Positions 62,331 to 64,000 of a stretch of 64,000 nt of DNA are shown here, in pieces. Numbering within the stretch: position 1 is the first letter of the stretch; each line of letters begins with the position of its first letter. The stretch spans positions 899,186,001-899,250,000 of the forward strand of contig NC_091282.1 of assembly GCF_032444005.1 (NCBI RefSeq), given 5' to 3'. The translations under genes and the position numbers were made by a program. The notes under the pieces are model-generated. The model worked only from the letters and a program-made list of their open reading frames with translations, made no database searches and was not told the origin of the DNA. Source of the stretch: Ranitomeya imitator (lineage: Eukaryota).

Positions 62331-63552
62331 CAGTGGGTACGGAAAGTATTCAGACCTCTTTGAATTTTTCACTCTGTTACATCGCAGCCATTTAGTAAAT
62401 TCAAAAAAGTTCATTTTTTCTCATTAATGTGCACTTTTGCACCCCATCTTGACTGAAAAAAACAGAAATATAAAATAAATTTGCAGAAATTTTTACAAGT
62501 ATTCAGACCCTTTGCTCAGTATTGAGTAGAAGCCCCTTTTGAGCTAGTACCGCCATGAGTCTTCTTGGGAATGATGCAACAAGTTTTCACACCTGGATTT
62601 GGGGATCTTCTGCATTCTTCCTTGCATATCCTCTCCAGTTCCGTCAGGTTGGATGGTGAACGTTGGTGGACAGCCATTTTCAGGTCTCTCCAGAGATGCT
62701 CAATTGGGTTTAGGTCAGGGCTCTGGCTGGGCCAGTCAAGAATGGTCACATAGTTGTTCTGAAGCCACTCCTTTGTTATTTGAGCTGTGTGCTTAGGGTC
62801 ATTCTCTTGTTGGAAGGTGAACCTTCGGCCAAGTCTGAGGTCAGAGCACTATGGAAGAGGTTTTCATCCAGGATATCTCTGTACTTGGCCGCATTCATGT
62901 TTTCTTCCATGACAACCAGTCGTCCTGTCCCTGCAGCTGAAAAACACCCCCATAGCATGATGCTGCCACCACCATGTTTCACTGTTGGGATTGTATTGGG
63001 CAGGTGATGAGCAGTGCCTGGTTTTCTCCACACATACCGCTTACAATTATCACCAAAAAGGTCTATCTTCGTCTCATTAGACCAGAGAATCTCATTTCTC
63101 ATAGTCTGGGAGTTCTTCATGTGTTTTTTAGCAAACTCTATGCGGGCTTTCATATGTCTTGCACTGAGGAGAGGCTTCCGTCAGGCCACTCTGCCATAAA
63201 GGCCCGACTGGTGGAGGGTTGCAGTGATAGTTGACTTTGTGGAACTTTCTCCCATCTCCCTACTGCACCTCTGGAGCTCAGCCACAGTGATCTTGAGGTT
63301 CTTCTTTACCTCTCTCACCAAGGCTCTTCTTCCACGATTGCTCAGTTTGGCTGGACGGCCAGGTCTAGGAAGACTTCCGGTGGTCCCAAACTTCTTCCAT
63401 TTAAGGATTATGGAAGCCACTGTGCTCTTAGGAACCTTGAGTACTGCAGAGATTCTTTTGTAACCTTGGCCAGATCTGTGCCTTGCCACAATTCTGTCTC
63501 TGAGCTCCCTGGCCAGTTTCTTTGACCTCATGATTCTCATTTGGTCTGACAC
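62331..63552 (-). mobile_element. One-ended, frameshifted Tc1 element
   Basis: TA followed by cagtgggtacggaaagtattcagac. Transposase pieces [31 protein letters not shown] and [15 protein letters not shown]; the other TIR is missing. Confidence 0.85.
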
Positions 63553-63807
63553 ACTGAGCTACAGATTGGGAAAATTGTGGCAAATTTCTGCGCTGCTGAA
63601 TCACTAGAATTCCAGAATTATTAGTACATGTGGCTTTAATTATTCTATGCGTTTCAGAATTCAAGACTTCTTCATCACGAAACACCACAGGAACACCACA
63701 ATTTTCCCAAACTCTATCTAACGGCTGGTCCTTCCTGGACTCGTGGATCTGCTGCAGCGAATCCTATCAATGTTTCAACTCCGCTAAATCTGGTGAGTGC
63801 AATCTTA

Positions 63808-64000
63808 AGGTACCTTTACACATAACGATATCGTTAACGATATCGTTGCTTTTTGTGACGTAGCAACGATATCGTTAAGGAAATCGTTATGTGTGACAGC
63901 GACCAACGATCAGGCCCCTGCTGGGAGATCGTTGGTCGCTGAACAAAGTCCAGAACTTTATTTCGTCGCTGGATCTCCCGTGGACATCGCTGGATCGGCG
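63808..64000. mobile_element. PIF/Harbinger-type MITE (AGGTACC family), runs off the window
   Basis: TTA|AGGTACCTTTACAC, reverse-complement match to the right end of the copy at 51299-52048. Confidence 0.85.

Overview
Vertebrate genomic DNA, most likely an anuran frog. This assignment is inferred from the repeat landscape and protein divergence, not proven. The right two-thirds holds the 3' part of WDFY3 (Alfy) on the minus strand. I mapped 23 coding exons from 62250 to the stop at 25111; all have GT-AG borders and stay in frame, and they encode the PH-like, BEACH, WD40 and FYVE regions, followed by a 3' UTR of up to ~3.4 kb. The left ~21 kb is intergenic and almost all mobile DNA: an apparently intact IR/DR Tc1 element (185-1790, 340-aa DD34E transposase), a full-length 7.9-kb hAT element with a perfect 8-bp TSD and a broken BED-finger transposase, R4-clade and DIRS relics, a Helitron-like element and many MITEs. 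The most interesting unexplained signal is a set of five sequence-unrelated Penelope-type terminal-repeat insertions that carry type I hammerhead-ribozyme motifs. Four show CUGANGA plus an extra A and all five show a palindromic minimal stem III. Three are head-to-head fold-backs inside WDFY3 introns: one still carries a GIY-YIG C-terminus, and another is a ~960-bp near-perfect palindrome with a 14-bp TSD and a flipped 24-nt mini-hairpin. Every complete or near-complete ribozyme core is antisense to WDFY3. Ribozyme activity is inferred from motif and pairing only.
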